Assembly: GCF_006345805.1 (NCBI RefSeq)
Contig: NC_043016.1
Location: 4,278,001 to 4,342,000 of the forward strand
Direction of reading: 5' to 3'
Origin: Octopus sinensis
Taxonomy: Eukaryota
DNA length: 64,000 nucleotides
The notes below the pieces were generated by a model. That model was given only the letters and a program-made list of their open reading frames with translations. It was not told the DNA's origin and made no database searches. Of the stretch, positions 37,471-50,681 are shown piece after piece (position 1 is the first letter of the stretch; each line of letters opens with the position of its first letter). The translations under genes were made by a program, and so were the position numbers.

Positions 37471-37984
37471 ACATCAGCTATGTATATATGTGTGTGTGTG
37501 TGTGTGTATAGTGTATATTTGATTGATGAATATGCTATGCAGATGATATACATGTGTACAAGCATACACACACGCACATACAATTGTTTGTGTTAAGTAA
37601 TCATCCAGAGAAGAAGTACTCCCTCCAAGCGTAGATTATTTAGGTTATTCTTGTGATCTGTTATTCGTTGAGTTTCCACAGCAAGCAGCTACTTCTTTAG
37701 GTGTGTCAAACTGGACGTGTTAAGCTTATCTCTAATGATAGAAGCATTATAGCAGAAAAGTGCATACGGATAGTGAAGTAATAATACTAGTAATAATTGA
37801 GATTGGTGCTTGGGTGTTGAGTGTCTTCCATGTTAACAACCAAGTACCAATACTTACAATTTTCAGGAAGATACCCTGTAAGACCTTTGACAACAGGTTG
37901 CTGTCCAGTCACACAGATTCAACCAGAACAAGATCAAGAGCTCTGAAAAGTAAAATAATAATAGGAAGAAGAAGAAGAATGGTT

Positions 37985-38365
37985 ACAGATTTTTGGCACA
38001 GGCCAGCAAGTTTGAGATGAGGAAATAAGTTGATTACATCGACCCCAATATTCAATTAGTAATTATTTTCTCAACCACGGAAGGATGAAAGGCAAAGTTG
38101 ACTTTGGTGGAATTTGAACTCAGAACGTAAAAACAGTCAAAATGCTGTGCTAACAATTTTGCCAGCTAAGTCCTGAAAGTTTGTAGGAGGGAATTAATTG
38201 ATTACTTTCACCCCAGCATTTGATTGGTACTTATTTTATTGTGTCTGAAAGAATGAGAGGTAAACTCAACTTTGGTAGAGTTTGAACTCAGAACATAAAG
38301 ACACAAAATGCTTCTAAGCATTTTATATGCCATGCTAACAATTCTACCAGCTTACTGCCTTTATA
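37985..38365 (-). mobile_element. Two tandem group A SINEs
   Basis: Twice GGATGAAAGGCAAAGTTGAC...TTTGAACTCAGAAC-like on the + strand. Confidence 0.8.
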
Positions 38366-38371
38366 ATAATA

Positions 38372-39877
38372 ACTAGCTTAAGGTGACCCGCTCTACGCAC
38401 GGGTAAGAGTGTGGTTGTTACTTTCTGTTTTTTATCACCACATTCTCCTTTGTTTCTCTCTCACTTTCCCACTCTCTTACTCTTCCTTTCTCTCGGACTC
38501 TCCCTCGCTTTCTCTTACTCTCTATCTTTATCTATCTCTCTCCCATTTATAAACAACAAAAGATCTTGAGTAAGTTGAGAAAGAATATATTTTGAAAGAT
38601 CACTCATAAATATCAGGCAGTGACAACGGAAAGGTCTGCTTCAAGGCAGACAGCAAAACACTAACATTTAAAAAGGACAGACGAACTTGCGAACTTGAAT
38701 AAAAATAATAAAATATTGGAAACCAAAGTTTGAAGGGATAGCATCTGAGGATAGTAGAGTCACCATGGCTGGCATTTCTTAATGACGGACAGCAACGTAG
38801 TGGCAGTTTAACGGGTGACGTAAAATTTTGAACTTGATGTAAAAGAAAATTCCTAAACACTAAGTTTTGAAGTGATTCTTTCCCACGACAGTAGACTCAC
38901 CAATGCAAGCATTCAAAACTTCTTCATCATGGACGGCAACACATTGAAGATTTAAAGGCTGGCGCAAATTTTTTAGCTTGATGTAACAGAGAATTCCTAA
39001 ACACCCGCTCCTGTAAATTTTAATTCCTTTCCAGCCCCATTTAGACCCCTTTTCACATTTTGGTTAATATAACCCGATTTCATTTGGTTCCACTCGGGCC
39101 ACATTTTATAAGATGAGGAATTTTGGCCTAGAGGTCAGGCCTTTCATTTGAGGAAAAAAATAGTTGCCATGCAAACTCATCAGCACTTTTAACATAGGTG
39201 TGCATATTTTCAGCTCAACTGACCACATAATGCACACATTATATATATATATACACACACACATTAAATATATATATGTACATGTATACCCATTATATAT
39301 GTGTGTGTGTGTGTACGCATTATATATACAAATGTATGCTAATTATATATATATAATTACAGATATATACACTTTGTATATATACATTGTATATACATAT
39401 TTATATATAGAACACACACACACACACACATATATAAATTAACCCAATAAATATCTGATTCATAATATTTGTTCTCATGATTGTGTAGTCCTGATGGCGA
39501 TAATAAAACTCTACGAATGCAGACAGAGAGAGAGAGAGAGAGGGGATGTGTTAGAAAGAGCGAAGGCGGCGGGTGAAAGATAGTAGCCGTCAAACGACGT
39601 TATAGAGAGAATGTGAAAGGAAGGGAGGAAAGAGAGAGACATTGAGGAAGACAGGCAGATAAAAGAATGAGAGAAGACTTATCTAAGTGTGCGTTTTTTG
39701 CCCTAGTAACGACACCTTTTAAGATAGGGATTTCTAACCTATCCTACTAATATCCTCACTTCATTTTACATGTCCCTGTAAATTTTGGAGTCAATCCGAC
39801 GGGATCTAGTGCCCTTTAACACGTTCCAATGCCAAAACCAGACAAACAAACTTTTCGCATTTCAGATTTATAGATAT
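38372..39877 (+). mobile_element. Non-autonomous Helitron-superfamily element (Helentron/HINE-like)
   Basis: 5' ACTAGC followed by an ACCCG/CGGGT hairpin (38386-38404); internal 144-bp diverged tandem duplication; internal microsatellites; 3' AGACAAACAAACTTTTCGCATT...TATAGAT; CpG-rich; no TSD seen. Confidence 0.5.
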
Positions 39878-42779
39878 TGATAATAATAACATGAATAAAA
39901 AAAGTATAGTTTTTTGATTAGTCATCAGCCTTGAAATTCAAGGGGAGAGGCTAGTTTATTAAGTGAATCCCTGCACTCTGTTTCTTAGTAAATATTATTT
40001 AATTTTAGGTGATGAGTTGAAAGGCAGTAACCTCAACATTGACCATAGCCATCTGGCTGAAACAAACAAAATTCAAGGAAAATAATATTTTGTCAACCAT
40101 ATTAAATAATTAATACAAAAAAGATAATAATGACAAATGATTTGTTCATCTAAACAACATTAAATGCATCAAGGCATACTTATAGATATCATTATTAACA
40201 TCACTGTCATTTATCATCCTTTTCTCCATGCTGGTTTGAGGAGCTAGAAGGCTGTGCCAAGCTCCAGTATATCTGCTTTGCCATGGCTTGAACTCATGAA
40301 TGCTCTTCCTAATGTCAACCACTTCACAGAATGTACTGGGTGCTTTTTAAAAAAATTTTTTTTTTTTTTGCACCATCACTGAGTTCTTGCTAGTCAAGGC
40401 CCCTCAACTGAACAGAGTATAATATAGATGGATGTAATAGAGGGACAAAAGCAGGTGTCTTGTTAAAGAGTTGACTGTATGGCTACTGTATCTGGAAGAA
40501 GAGAAAAAGGTGTGAGATCATGCTACATGGTGAATATATGAAAGAGGAAATAATGATAGGGGAACAGAAAAATTTAGCTGGCTAGGTTAGTGTGTTTATG
40601 ATGAAAGAGTGACCGATCATTACAGATGTGGCTTGAGGGGGAATACTGTGAATATTAGTTTGGAGATGTAAAGGAAAGAAAATAAGAACTGGTCAGGGAA
40701 GAGAAGTTGATAAGGGAAAGCAGCAGGGATATAATATAAACTGTGTAAGGGGGGTGGGGATAATTGGTATTATTTGCAACATCTGAGTGTGTACTACTAG
40801 CACAATTAGCCGAATGGTGGAGGAATAGGTATTAAAAGGTGGAAGACATGACTGGACCTCATTTTCACTGAGAGGGACAGGTTTTCTCAAACACAGCTTT
40901 TTCATTATTCATTTCAGTCCTTTATCATCTCAAAGAAGCTCAACATTTTGAGTTGAGTCTTCTTTACAGAACCCTCTTTCCATTTGTGTTTAGCAATCAG
41001 CTCTTCTTTATACAGCTGTTCTCATTCGTCTGCATCACATGATCAAACTGGTGCAGTCTTCTCTCTTGCACACCATGTCTAATGTTTCTTATGCCCAATT
41101 ATTTAGTCAGATATTTTCAGTTTTGGTTTTAACTGCTTTTTAATAAATAATTTTACCTTTGTTGCAGTGTATGTAATCAATGTAAATGAATTATTATTAG
41201 TATTAGTATCATCATCATCATCATTGATTACACCAAAAAGTGAACATCATTCTGTTATTTCTTTATTAATATTTTCTGTTATATACACACTCAGTACTGT
41301 ATCACAAACACACACAGGTACTCATGTCAAATATCATTCTTTTACATTTTTATTCTTCTTCTTGGCAGCAAACAAATATTTGTCAGGATTAATTTAAATG
41401 ACAAGAAAAATATCTATATTATTTTAATTTAATTTCAAAGCTTATCCTTTATTGGTGAGCATTTCCTTAACAGAATAATACATGAATTTTTCTAACTTCT
41501 ATATTATTGTTATTGCGATCACCATCATCGTCATTGTCATTATCATAACATCATCGACATCAGCAGCATCACCACCACTATCATTATTATCATTATTTCC
41601 TGCCAGTAATTATAGTTTATTTTAATTTCCAAAATTGCTTTAATCAAATTATTTTCATATAAGTACAATTTAACTGATGGAGATTTTACCAAAATTATGG
41701 CAATAGAAAGTAATTTATAATCAGAAGAATATGCTGGATAGCACTCTATAACACAGATTATCTTAATGTCTTTGGAACCAGGCTGGAAGAAATATCAAAT
41801 CTTGATTAAATGCTTTTAAACTAAAATATCTTACTTGCTCTGACTCTTTTAGAATGAAGAATATTAATATCTTGTCATAAACTGTTTTGTTGACCAAACA
41901 TATGTACGTGTGCGTGTGTGTGTGTACGTGCATGCATATATGTATGCATGTATAGATGTACATACATATGTATGTGTGTATTCATGTGTGGATGGATAGA
42001 TGTTTGTATGTATGTACATATGTATATTTTTTTGGTTTTTTCTTTTTAAATGTCCTATACGTATATAATTAAAATAAAGAATAAGCAAAACAAAAATTAA
42101 ATAGGAATGGATATGTTTTTTTGTCTGCTTGTTGCTATTATAAGTTCTAAATTAGTTTTCATGAAATAGATCTAGGCTCAAAGACACTCTAGTCATGACC
42201 ATATCATCATTTTTTTCTTTTCTTTTTTTTTTTTTATATCAGTGTCTCAGACAGCTGAATATGAATTGAAGGAGATTTGGTTGCTATTTGCAAGAAGTCA
42301 AAAGTTTATTTAGAATTTTTTTTTTTTCTTAAATGGATAGAGTAATCAGGAAAAAATGGTTGGGAAATGAATCACAAGGGCTGAATGTTGTCCTAGATGC
42401 ATTATGTCTGAGAAAATGAAATGGTCTCAGCCTGATTGCTTTTGATGACAGATATGCTGGATAAAAATTGATCTGGGACTAAATAGCAATGACTGAATCA
42501 CTGTTTATGCCTCAATCAATAGTCTTACTCATCCACCACTAATCAGTATTACAGTCATCCTCATCAACCTCATTGTCATCTTCTTTGTTGTCATCACATC
42601 ATTATAACCATTTCCCCCAAATGCTACATAATTTTAATAGATTTATAACATTTGAGCTGTGTTTCAATATAAAACATAGAATAAAGTTTTAATTTGTGGT
42701 TGGATATAGGAGAGTGAGGTTATTGTTATTATTATTTTTTTTGTGTGTGTTTTAAATCGGTGTGGGGTATGCAACAATG

Positions 42780-44560
42780 ATATTGAGAAATACTGATCTA
42801 AGGCCTTTTCTGGTACTTCTCTTCAAAGGAGTAGCGTCTGAACTCATTTTCCTCTTCATAGAGATCCCTGCAAATTAAGACAAACTTTATCCTTGCTTTT
42901 ACTCTTTCCAAGCTCCTATTTTACAATCTGTTACCATATGTAAGATATTTTTTAATCATTATATAGACAATGATGTTGAAGCAATGCCATAAATATGTTT
43001 CATCACTGAAGCAATATTTAGGGGTTCATTTTCTGTAGCTACAAACATTCTCTCCATTTCTTTCTTTAAATCTTTTCTCTAGAACCACTCCCATAAAAAT
43101 TCTGTAGAACTATTGATATAACGGCATTTCTTCTAGTGCTTCCTTTCCTTCACATATTACCCTACTTTGTCCAAAGACTCTTCTCTTGAAGGTCAACACC
43201 ATTATGTCACAGTTCCATTACAGCATGTTTTGATACTTTAGCAATTATTGCTTGGTAATGGTTTATTGACCTTATCTCCAATTCCTCCATTTTAAGTATA
43301 AATGACTGGTGTTTGCCTTCAGGCAAAGTATTCCTTACATAAAGTTCTACTCATTTTTCTCTCTCATGCATCCACTTTATCTTTCATCTAATTCACTATT
43401 CCAGTACTTTAATGGTTTCAAATTTTCACACAAGGCCAGCAATTTTAGGGTGGAGGTGGGGTACGTCAGTTACATTGACCCCCCCCCCCCATATACACAC
43501 ACACTGCTTCAGTGCTCAACTGATATTTATTTTATCAACCCTGAAGGGATGAAAGACAAAGTCAACCTCAGCAGAATATGAACTCAGAATGTAAAGATCT
43601 AGATGAAAAAGAATGAACATCAATAAGCTTTAGTCTTTTCAAATATAGTTACCATTTTTTTCCTGCATCTCTTTGTTCATGATATCACTAAGTTCCACTA
43701 TGGCTAGGCACTTGTGTCAATTGTCATTGGGTTCTGAAATCCATTCCCTTAACAAATGAAATTGTTTCATTACAGTGAGTTTATCTTCCTTCTTTTTATG
43801 ACTAAAGTGACACATTTTGATTTACTTAACTACATTTCACATCGCTGCATCACTCCTTTATGGTTTTAACAGTGAATGAATCTCCTTGTTTGGCATCATG
43901 AATATCTTTAATTCGTCCATCAAGTAAAAACGAATTGAAGATGGAGCGTACAGGTCTCACTTGTTTCTAGCAGATGTTGTCATTGAAATAGATCTTAGAA
44001 TTGTAGTAAATGACAAAGGAGAGAAAGAGTCACACTGAAAGATATGTCTTCTTTACAGCAACAGCAGTGATTTCCTTTTCACTAATTTATTTTCCAGTAT
44101 GTCACCTTTCCATTGAGGGTGCTGATGAGGTTTACAGCCCTGCCAAACACACTGGCTCCACAATATGAGAATAGGGAAACATCTCTCGCAGGCCTTTTTT
44201 CTTTCTTCTTTTCTTTTCTTTTCTTTTCTTTTCTTCTTTTTTTTTTGTTTTTTGTTATTCACTAATTATTGTCATCTCTTGCAATTCTTTTGTCCCAGAT
44301 CAGACAGTGTTTGGTGCATTTATGTGTTTCCTGCAATCCTTCTATTCAATAAGTAGTAATTTGCCCTGCTTGTGTGGTTTTCTCAGTAAAAATGCCTGTT
44401 AATAACAGGTTGAGTTGGGTGATTGGTTGATAATTTTCTACTCATTTCCTTTCATTGGATCTTCCATAATCAAAGTTATTCACCATTCAACTATCCACTT
44501 TCATACATTGCTTTGTATTACACATTCATTTCAATGATTTCTCATTTAACCATGTAAAGA
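42780..44560 (-). mobile_element. Highly degenerate R4/Dong LINE split by a SINE (about 43430-43610)
   Basis: Collinear remnants on the minus strand: KGNEVENYQPIT (about 44400), FYLMDELKIF (about 43920), DLKKEMERMFVA (about 43050), ILHMVTDC (about 42940). Confidence 0.6.
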
Positions 44561-44739
44561 TTTTCGTCAAAGTCAAATTATTATTATTATTATCATCATC
44601 ATCATCATCATCATTGTGCTTACTCACGTAATACAAGAAATTTAATGCAAATTTTTCTTTTTAAATTATGAAGTAGTATTATACTCAAATATAAAAACAT
44701 AAAAAATTGAAATATATTCCTGATATTTAGGTTAAAAAG

Positions 44740-45116
44740 CAATTATGCTGATGCTTTGCCAGAATTATTAGAGCTTCACACAAATTGCCTTTAAGTATTT
44801 ATTCCAGTTCTTCACAGTCTGAGTTCATATTCTGTCAAAATCAATTTTGTCTTTCATCCCCTCCTAGGGAAATAAGGTACCAGCCTTAGACTAAATTTGG
44901 TCTGATAGACTAGGCTCCTTGCCTCAAAACTGCTGACTTAGTCCTAAAATTAGAAACAATTATTATTATTATTATTATTAATTATTATTATTATTATATT
45001 ATTATTTTATCATTGTTATTATTATCATTATTGTTATTATATTATTATCATTATTATTATTATATTATTATATTATTATTATTATTATTATTATCATTAT
45101 TATTATTATTATTATT
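44740..45116 (+). mobile_element. Degenerate group A SINE with long (ATT)n tail
   Basis: CAGAATTATTAGAGC...TCTGAGTTCATATTC...TTTCATCCC...AGAAACAATT(ATT)n. Confidence 0.65.
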
Positions 45117-47558
45117 CAGTAGTTTTATTTTTATAGCGTGCTTTCACTTCACTACCGAGCGCAGCTCTGTGTGCCTTGGGTATGTGCTGTGATTTGTTGT
45201 GATGCTCTGATGGTTATTGTATGGAAAGTGTTCTGCGTAGGATGTGTGCAGTGCCCAATAGTGCAATTTTCTGTATGTTATATGTGTTTGTAAGTCCTGG
45301 TGTTTTTATTATGTATTTATCTGAATATTTTTTTATCGTGCCTAATGCACCTTCTATGATAGAGATTGTTTTTGTTTTTAGATTCCACATTCGAGTTACC
45401 TTTTATCTCCAGGTCTTTGTATTTTGAGAGTTTCTCCATTTCTTTAAGAGAAACGTCATCTGTTGGTATTGATACATCAATTAGAAACCATTCTTTACTT
45501 CATGATCCTTATCATGGTTCATTGCTGTTTTAGTTTTAGTTTGGTTTTCAATTGTCTTATAGCTTTTGTTGTTTCTTCTTCATATTTGTTAGGTAGTATG
45601 ATTTTTTTGTTTGCATTTGTCAGCTTCCTTAAATACTGAAAATAGTTTTTTGTTTTGCTCGTGTTTTGTGGCTATTTGTATTAGTTTTCCTTCTTTCTGA
45701 ATCAAGTACTTCTGTAGTCCTATGGCGGTTATTTTATAATAGTTTTCTAGCTGTATAAGGCCTCTACCACCTTCTATACATAGTATTTATGTCAGAATTT
45801 TGGTGGAGCATCCTCGATCCTGTCATTATTTCTTTTATTTTCCTGTCTATTTTGGTCAGTTCATTTGGTGTCCAGTTAAGGATATTGTAGCTGTGACTTA
45901 CAACTGAGATGGCTAAAGTGTTAATAACTATTATCTTGTTTTTAGCATTGAGCTCTGTTTTTAGTATTGATCTAACTCGTCTATAATATTCCTTTTTTAT
46001 TTTCGCCATCATTTGTGTGTTGTGTCTTATCTAGTTGATGGATTCCTAAGTATTTGTAAATTTGGCTTTGGTCTAATTCTTTTATTTCATTGGCTTTATC
46101 TATTGTGATGTTGCTACTCTTAACTAGATTTCCTCTTTTCAGGGTTACTTTGGTGCATTTTTCTAATCCAAATTTCATATCTATTTCTTTGGTGAATCCA
46201 TGAACTGTCTTTAGTAGTGTTTCCAGCTGTTTGTCATTTGCAGCGTATAGTTTTAGGTCATCCATATATATAAGGTGGCTGATTGTTTTGCCATAACATT
46301 TGTATCTGCATCCAGTTCTATTTAGCATATCAGATAGAGGTGACAGTGCCAAGCAGAAAAGGAGTGGAGATAGTGTGTCTCCCTGGAATATTCCTCTTCT
46401 AATGGGGATGGCTTTGGTTTTCACAAGTCCCTCTTTTGTTTGGAGGTGTAGGACTGTTTGCCATTTATTCATAGAGTGCTCTGTGAATTTTATGATTGTT
46501 GGTGCTACTTTGTTAATGGCTAGTGTTTCGAGGATCCATGTGTGGGGAATGCTATCAAACGCCTTTCGGTAGTCGATCCAGGCCTTACTGAGGCCTTTCT
46601 TCTTTCTGCGGCTGTCTTCAGTTATGGCTTTATTGATCATTAGTTGATCTTTACAGCCATATGAGCCTTTGCAGCATCCTTTCTGCTCTTCTGGAAACAG
46701 GTTGTTTTCGTCCAGGTGCTTGTTCATTATTTGCGATATTACAACAGTAAGGGCTTTGTACATTGTAGGGAGAAAGGTTATAGGTCTGTAGTTTTCTGGT
46801 TTTGCTGTCTCATTGGATTTGGGAATTAAGATAGTTTTCCCTTTCGTGACTATTCAGGCATTGTCTCTGGCTCTGCTAGTATGTTGTTAAATTTTTCAGC
46901 CAGCTTTTTGTGTATTTCTGATAGATATTTTAACCAGAAGTTGGGGATCTTGTCATGCCCAGGTGCCTTCCAGTTGCTTAGTCTTTGCAGTGCCTGGGTG
47001 ACCTCTTCAGTTGTTATTGGGGTCCAAGTTGCTCAGGTGCTGAGTTTGTTATGTTAATAATCCTTTTCTGAGGTTGTTCCTTCGCCGACCATATTTCTTT
47101 CCAAAATTCTTCCACTTCTGCTGTTGGTACTGCAGTGATCTCTGTTTTATTTTTGCCACATTATTGGTAGAACTTTTGGGGGTTGGAGTTGAACTGCTTG
47201 TTCTGTTCAAAGAAAAGTTGGCGTTTCTCATACCGGCAGATCCTTTGTGCTTTGGCAAGGATATCTTTAGCTTTTCTTATACCTCAGGTAAATCTTTTTG
47301 TGTAATGTTGTATTTGTACAGTATTTTCTTCTTGTTACTTAGTAGTTGTGATTGTCTACTAATTTTGTTAAGAATCGACAGATCTTTTCTACTTTTTTTT
47401 CTATTTTTTGGGATGTTATTTATCGACAGGATTTGTTTAGGTGGTGGTATTCTTGTTAAGATGGGTTTGAGGGAGCATCCAGCTTCTTTTGTGGTTGCAG
47501 TGGCTGCTGCATATATTATGTCTTTTAGCTCAGTGATATTGCCATTTGTTTTGGGGGC
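45117..47558 (-). mobile_element. Best-preserved R4/Dong LINE, 5'-truncated with internal deletions, in an (AAT)n target
   Basis: ORF 45981..46763 has EEQKG, WIDYRKAFDSIPH, GIFQGDTLSPLLF, YMDDLKLY, KYLGI. RLE C-terminus FLIDVSIPTD...EKLSKYKDLE...QKIALLGTAHILRRTLSIQ*. (ATT)n on both flanks. Confidence 0.93.
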
Positions 47559-47591
<33 letters not shown>

Positions 47592-47843
47592 TATTATTAT
47601 TATTATCATTATTAATATTATTATTATTACTATTACTATTATTATTATTATATCATTATTATTATTACTATTATTATTATCATTATTATTATTATTATTA
47701 TCATTATTAATATTATTATTATTATTATTGTTATTATTATTGTTATTATCATCATTATTATTATTATTGTTGTTATTATTATTATTATATTATCATTATT
47801 AATATTATTATTATTATTATTATCATCATTATTATTATTATTA

Positions 47844-47883
<40 letters not shown>

Positions 47884-48032
47884 CATTATTATTGTTATTA
47901 TTATTATTATTATTGTTATTTTTATTATTATTGAAATTATTATTATTATTGTTATTGTTGTTGTTGTTGTTATTATTATTATTATTATTAATATTATTAT
48001 TATTATTATTATCATTATTATTATTATCATTA

Positions 48033-48063
<31 letters not shown>

Positions 48064-48086
48064 AATTGTTATTATTATTATTATTA

Positions 48087-48132
<46 letters not shown>

Positions 48133-48152
48133 CATATCATTATTATTATTAC

Positions 48153-48181
<29 letters not shown>
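47559..48181. repeat. About 620-bp interrupted (ATT)n microsatellite
   Basis: Direct inspection; ATC, GTT and ACT interruptions. Confidence 0.98.
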
Positions 48182-48182
<1 letters not shown>

Positions 48183-48183
<1 letters not shown>

Positions 48184-48391
48184 AAGGCAGTGTACTGGTA
48201 AAATTGCTAACATGCTGGACGAAATGCTTATTGGTAATTTGCCTATTGCTATGTTCTGAGTTTAAATTCTGTCAAGAATTGCCTTTCATCTTTTCAGGGT
48301 TGATAAATTAAGTACCTGTTGAGTACTGGGGGGTCGATGTAATCGACTAGTGCCCTCGCACTAAATTTCAGGCCTTGTTCCTATAGTAGAA

Positions 48392-48430
<39 letters not shown>
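48183..48430 (+). mobile_element. Group A SINE with (ATT)n tail, followed by another SINE head near 48455
   Basis: AAAGGCAG...GGACGAAATGCTTA...GGGGTCGATGTAATCGAC...AGTAGAAATT(ATT)n. Confidence 0.85.
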
Positions 48431-49723
48431 TTTATCATCATCATCATCATTATTTAGGCAGCAACTTGGCACACTCCTTAGTACTCTGGACAAAATGCTT
48501 GGCAGCATTTCATCTGTGACTTTGTGTTGAGTTCAAATTCTGCCAATGTTTTCTTCACTTTTCATCCATTTCTTTCTTAATTCACATATATTCAAACGCA
48601 TACTTTATTTTATTTTTGGTTGTTAATATCGTATACCATGTATACTTGTATTATTTTCTTATCATTCCATTCTGAGTAAATGTTCTTTTTTATTTTTTTT
48701 TACGCTATGTATCTTTTTTATTGTCCCCTGCTCATCCCTTGCACTGGTCACAAATAAAAGAAACGATTGTCCCCATCATCGCCATTATTTAATCATTATT
48801 AAAGGTTTCTTTTCTCTACATTACTGAAACCAGTTTGTAACTAACATTGTTCTGAAGTAGATTTATAGTTAGAAGTTGATCTTGATGTTCTTGATAGTAT
48901 TTCTTTCAGAAAGAACACTATCTTCTAAGCTTGCTATATAGACACTCATGTGGAATTTCAGCAACTTTCTTCATTCAACTTTACCATCATCAATATCATT
49001 ATCATCATCGTCATTACATGCAATATCACAATATTGCCTTTAATAAATGCACCAAGTTAAATATAGAATAGCTTTTGGCTAACATTAATCGACGGGCATC
49101 ATTGTTGCTTTCAATTTGAAGATTAATTTTATAAATATTCCTTTATTTATTGATTTTTTAAAGTCTTTGTTTTGTTCCACAATTCATTGATGGTTTATTA
49201 CAAAAAAAAAAAAGAAAAAATTAAAGAATAAATGAAAAAGAAGGAATAACATCAATTGGATTTTATAATTTCTTACTATGTGTGGGTGTTCAGTTGGTGA
49301 ATTTATACTTTCAGACAGTCTGATGCAAATTTTATGTTACTTGTTTACATCATCATCATCATCATCATTATTATTATTATTATTATTATCATCATCATTA
49401 TTACTACTACTACTATTATTATTACTATTGCTACAACTACTACTACTACTATATTTCATTTGATATTTGTCCTGTTATTATATCTCAACCATACCTGAGT
49501 GTTTTATTGTTATTTATATGTGATTTCTTTTAATACCATATTTGGAATTCAGTTTACAGATGATAGCAAATATTTTAAAATCTGTTTTATATAAAAGCGT
49601 GTGTGTGTGTACCTATATATGTATATATTCATATATACACATATACTCTCACACTCAAGCTTACATACATATACTTAGTGTGTGTGTGATAGAAATGTTT
49701 CAACATCAATTCCCACATTTGCA

Positions 49724-49757
<34 letters not shown>

Positions 49758-49852
49758 GACATCATCATCATCATTGTCATCATCAGTACTTTGTCAGCTG
49801 GAGATGTCTAAGTGCTTCAATATTGATAGTCATTCTTCGTACCTGTTTTCAG

Positions 49853-49978
49853 TTGGAACGTATCTTCAGTTCACAATCTGATAATGAAAAGAAGGCTGCT
49901 GAAGAGAATGAGCTAGAAGCTTCGACTGAAGGCTCTGCTGATAGCAGAGAAGTCAAACCGGTGGCGCCACCTGTCTCA
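49853..49978 (+). CDS. Host-gene exon B, 126 nt, phase 0/0, LERIFSSQSDNEKKAAEENELEASTEGSADSREVKPVAPPVS
   Basis: Acceptor cctgttttcag, donor TCA|gtatgt, open frame 0 with coherent acidic low-complexity composition, GC-rich with CpGs, followed by a long pyrimidine-rich intron start. Confidence 0.8.
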
Positions 49979-50486
49979 GTATGTGCCTAAAACTCTCCCT
50001 CTCTATATCCCCTTATGTTGTTGTCGTCACTCTCTTGTTTTTTACCCTCACACCTTTTTAATATATATTTCTCACAGAACCACTCACCACCTTGCTTATG
50101 GTTTCTTCTGTTTCAATTTTTCTTAGCTTTTTTTTCTTTTTGAGTTGTTGCTGTTTTTTTTAAATTTTTCTTTGTCAAGTTTAATCAAACATTGTTTGTT
50201 GTAAATATGCACTGTTTTTCAAGAGTGTCTCTATTGTGTGTCTGTATCAGTTAATGTATATGAATTAAACATATATTAACTACCTTTGGACATCTTCATC
50301 AAAGCATGTGCTAAGCACTGTAATATTTTGTATTAAAATCAATACCAATACTCACTCAATTATAAAATATGTAATACACACACAGAGTGTATATATATAT
50401 ATGTATGTGTGTGTGTGTGTAAGTATACAGTATACTGCATGTATGTGTGCATGTGCACGTACATACACACACACACATATATATAC

Positions 50487-50517
<31 letters not shown>

Positions 50518-50566
50518 TATACATATACATATATATATATACATATATATATATACATATTCATAT

Positions 50567-50618
<52 letters not shown>

Positions 50619-50640
50619 CATACATATATATATATACATA

Positions 50641-50681
<41 letters not shown>

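Noticed and set aside
47074-48311. Long poly-Ile/Leu/Tyr ORFs
   Set aside because: Translations of the (ATT)n tract and the antisense strand of the Dong LINE.
44740-48430. Dong as the mobilising partner of group A SINEs
   Set aside because: Sense-strand tails are opposite ((AAT)n for Dong, (ATT)n for the SINE), and the 3' ends share no sequence.
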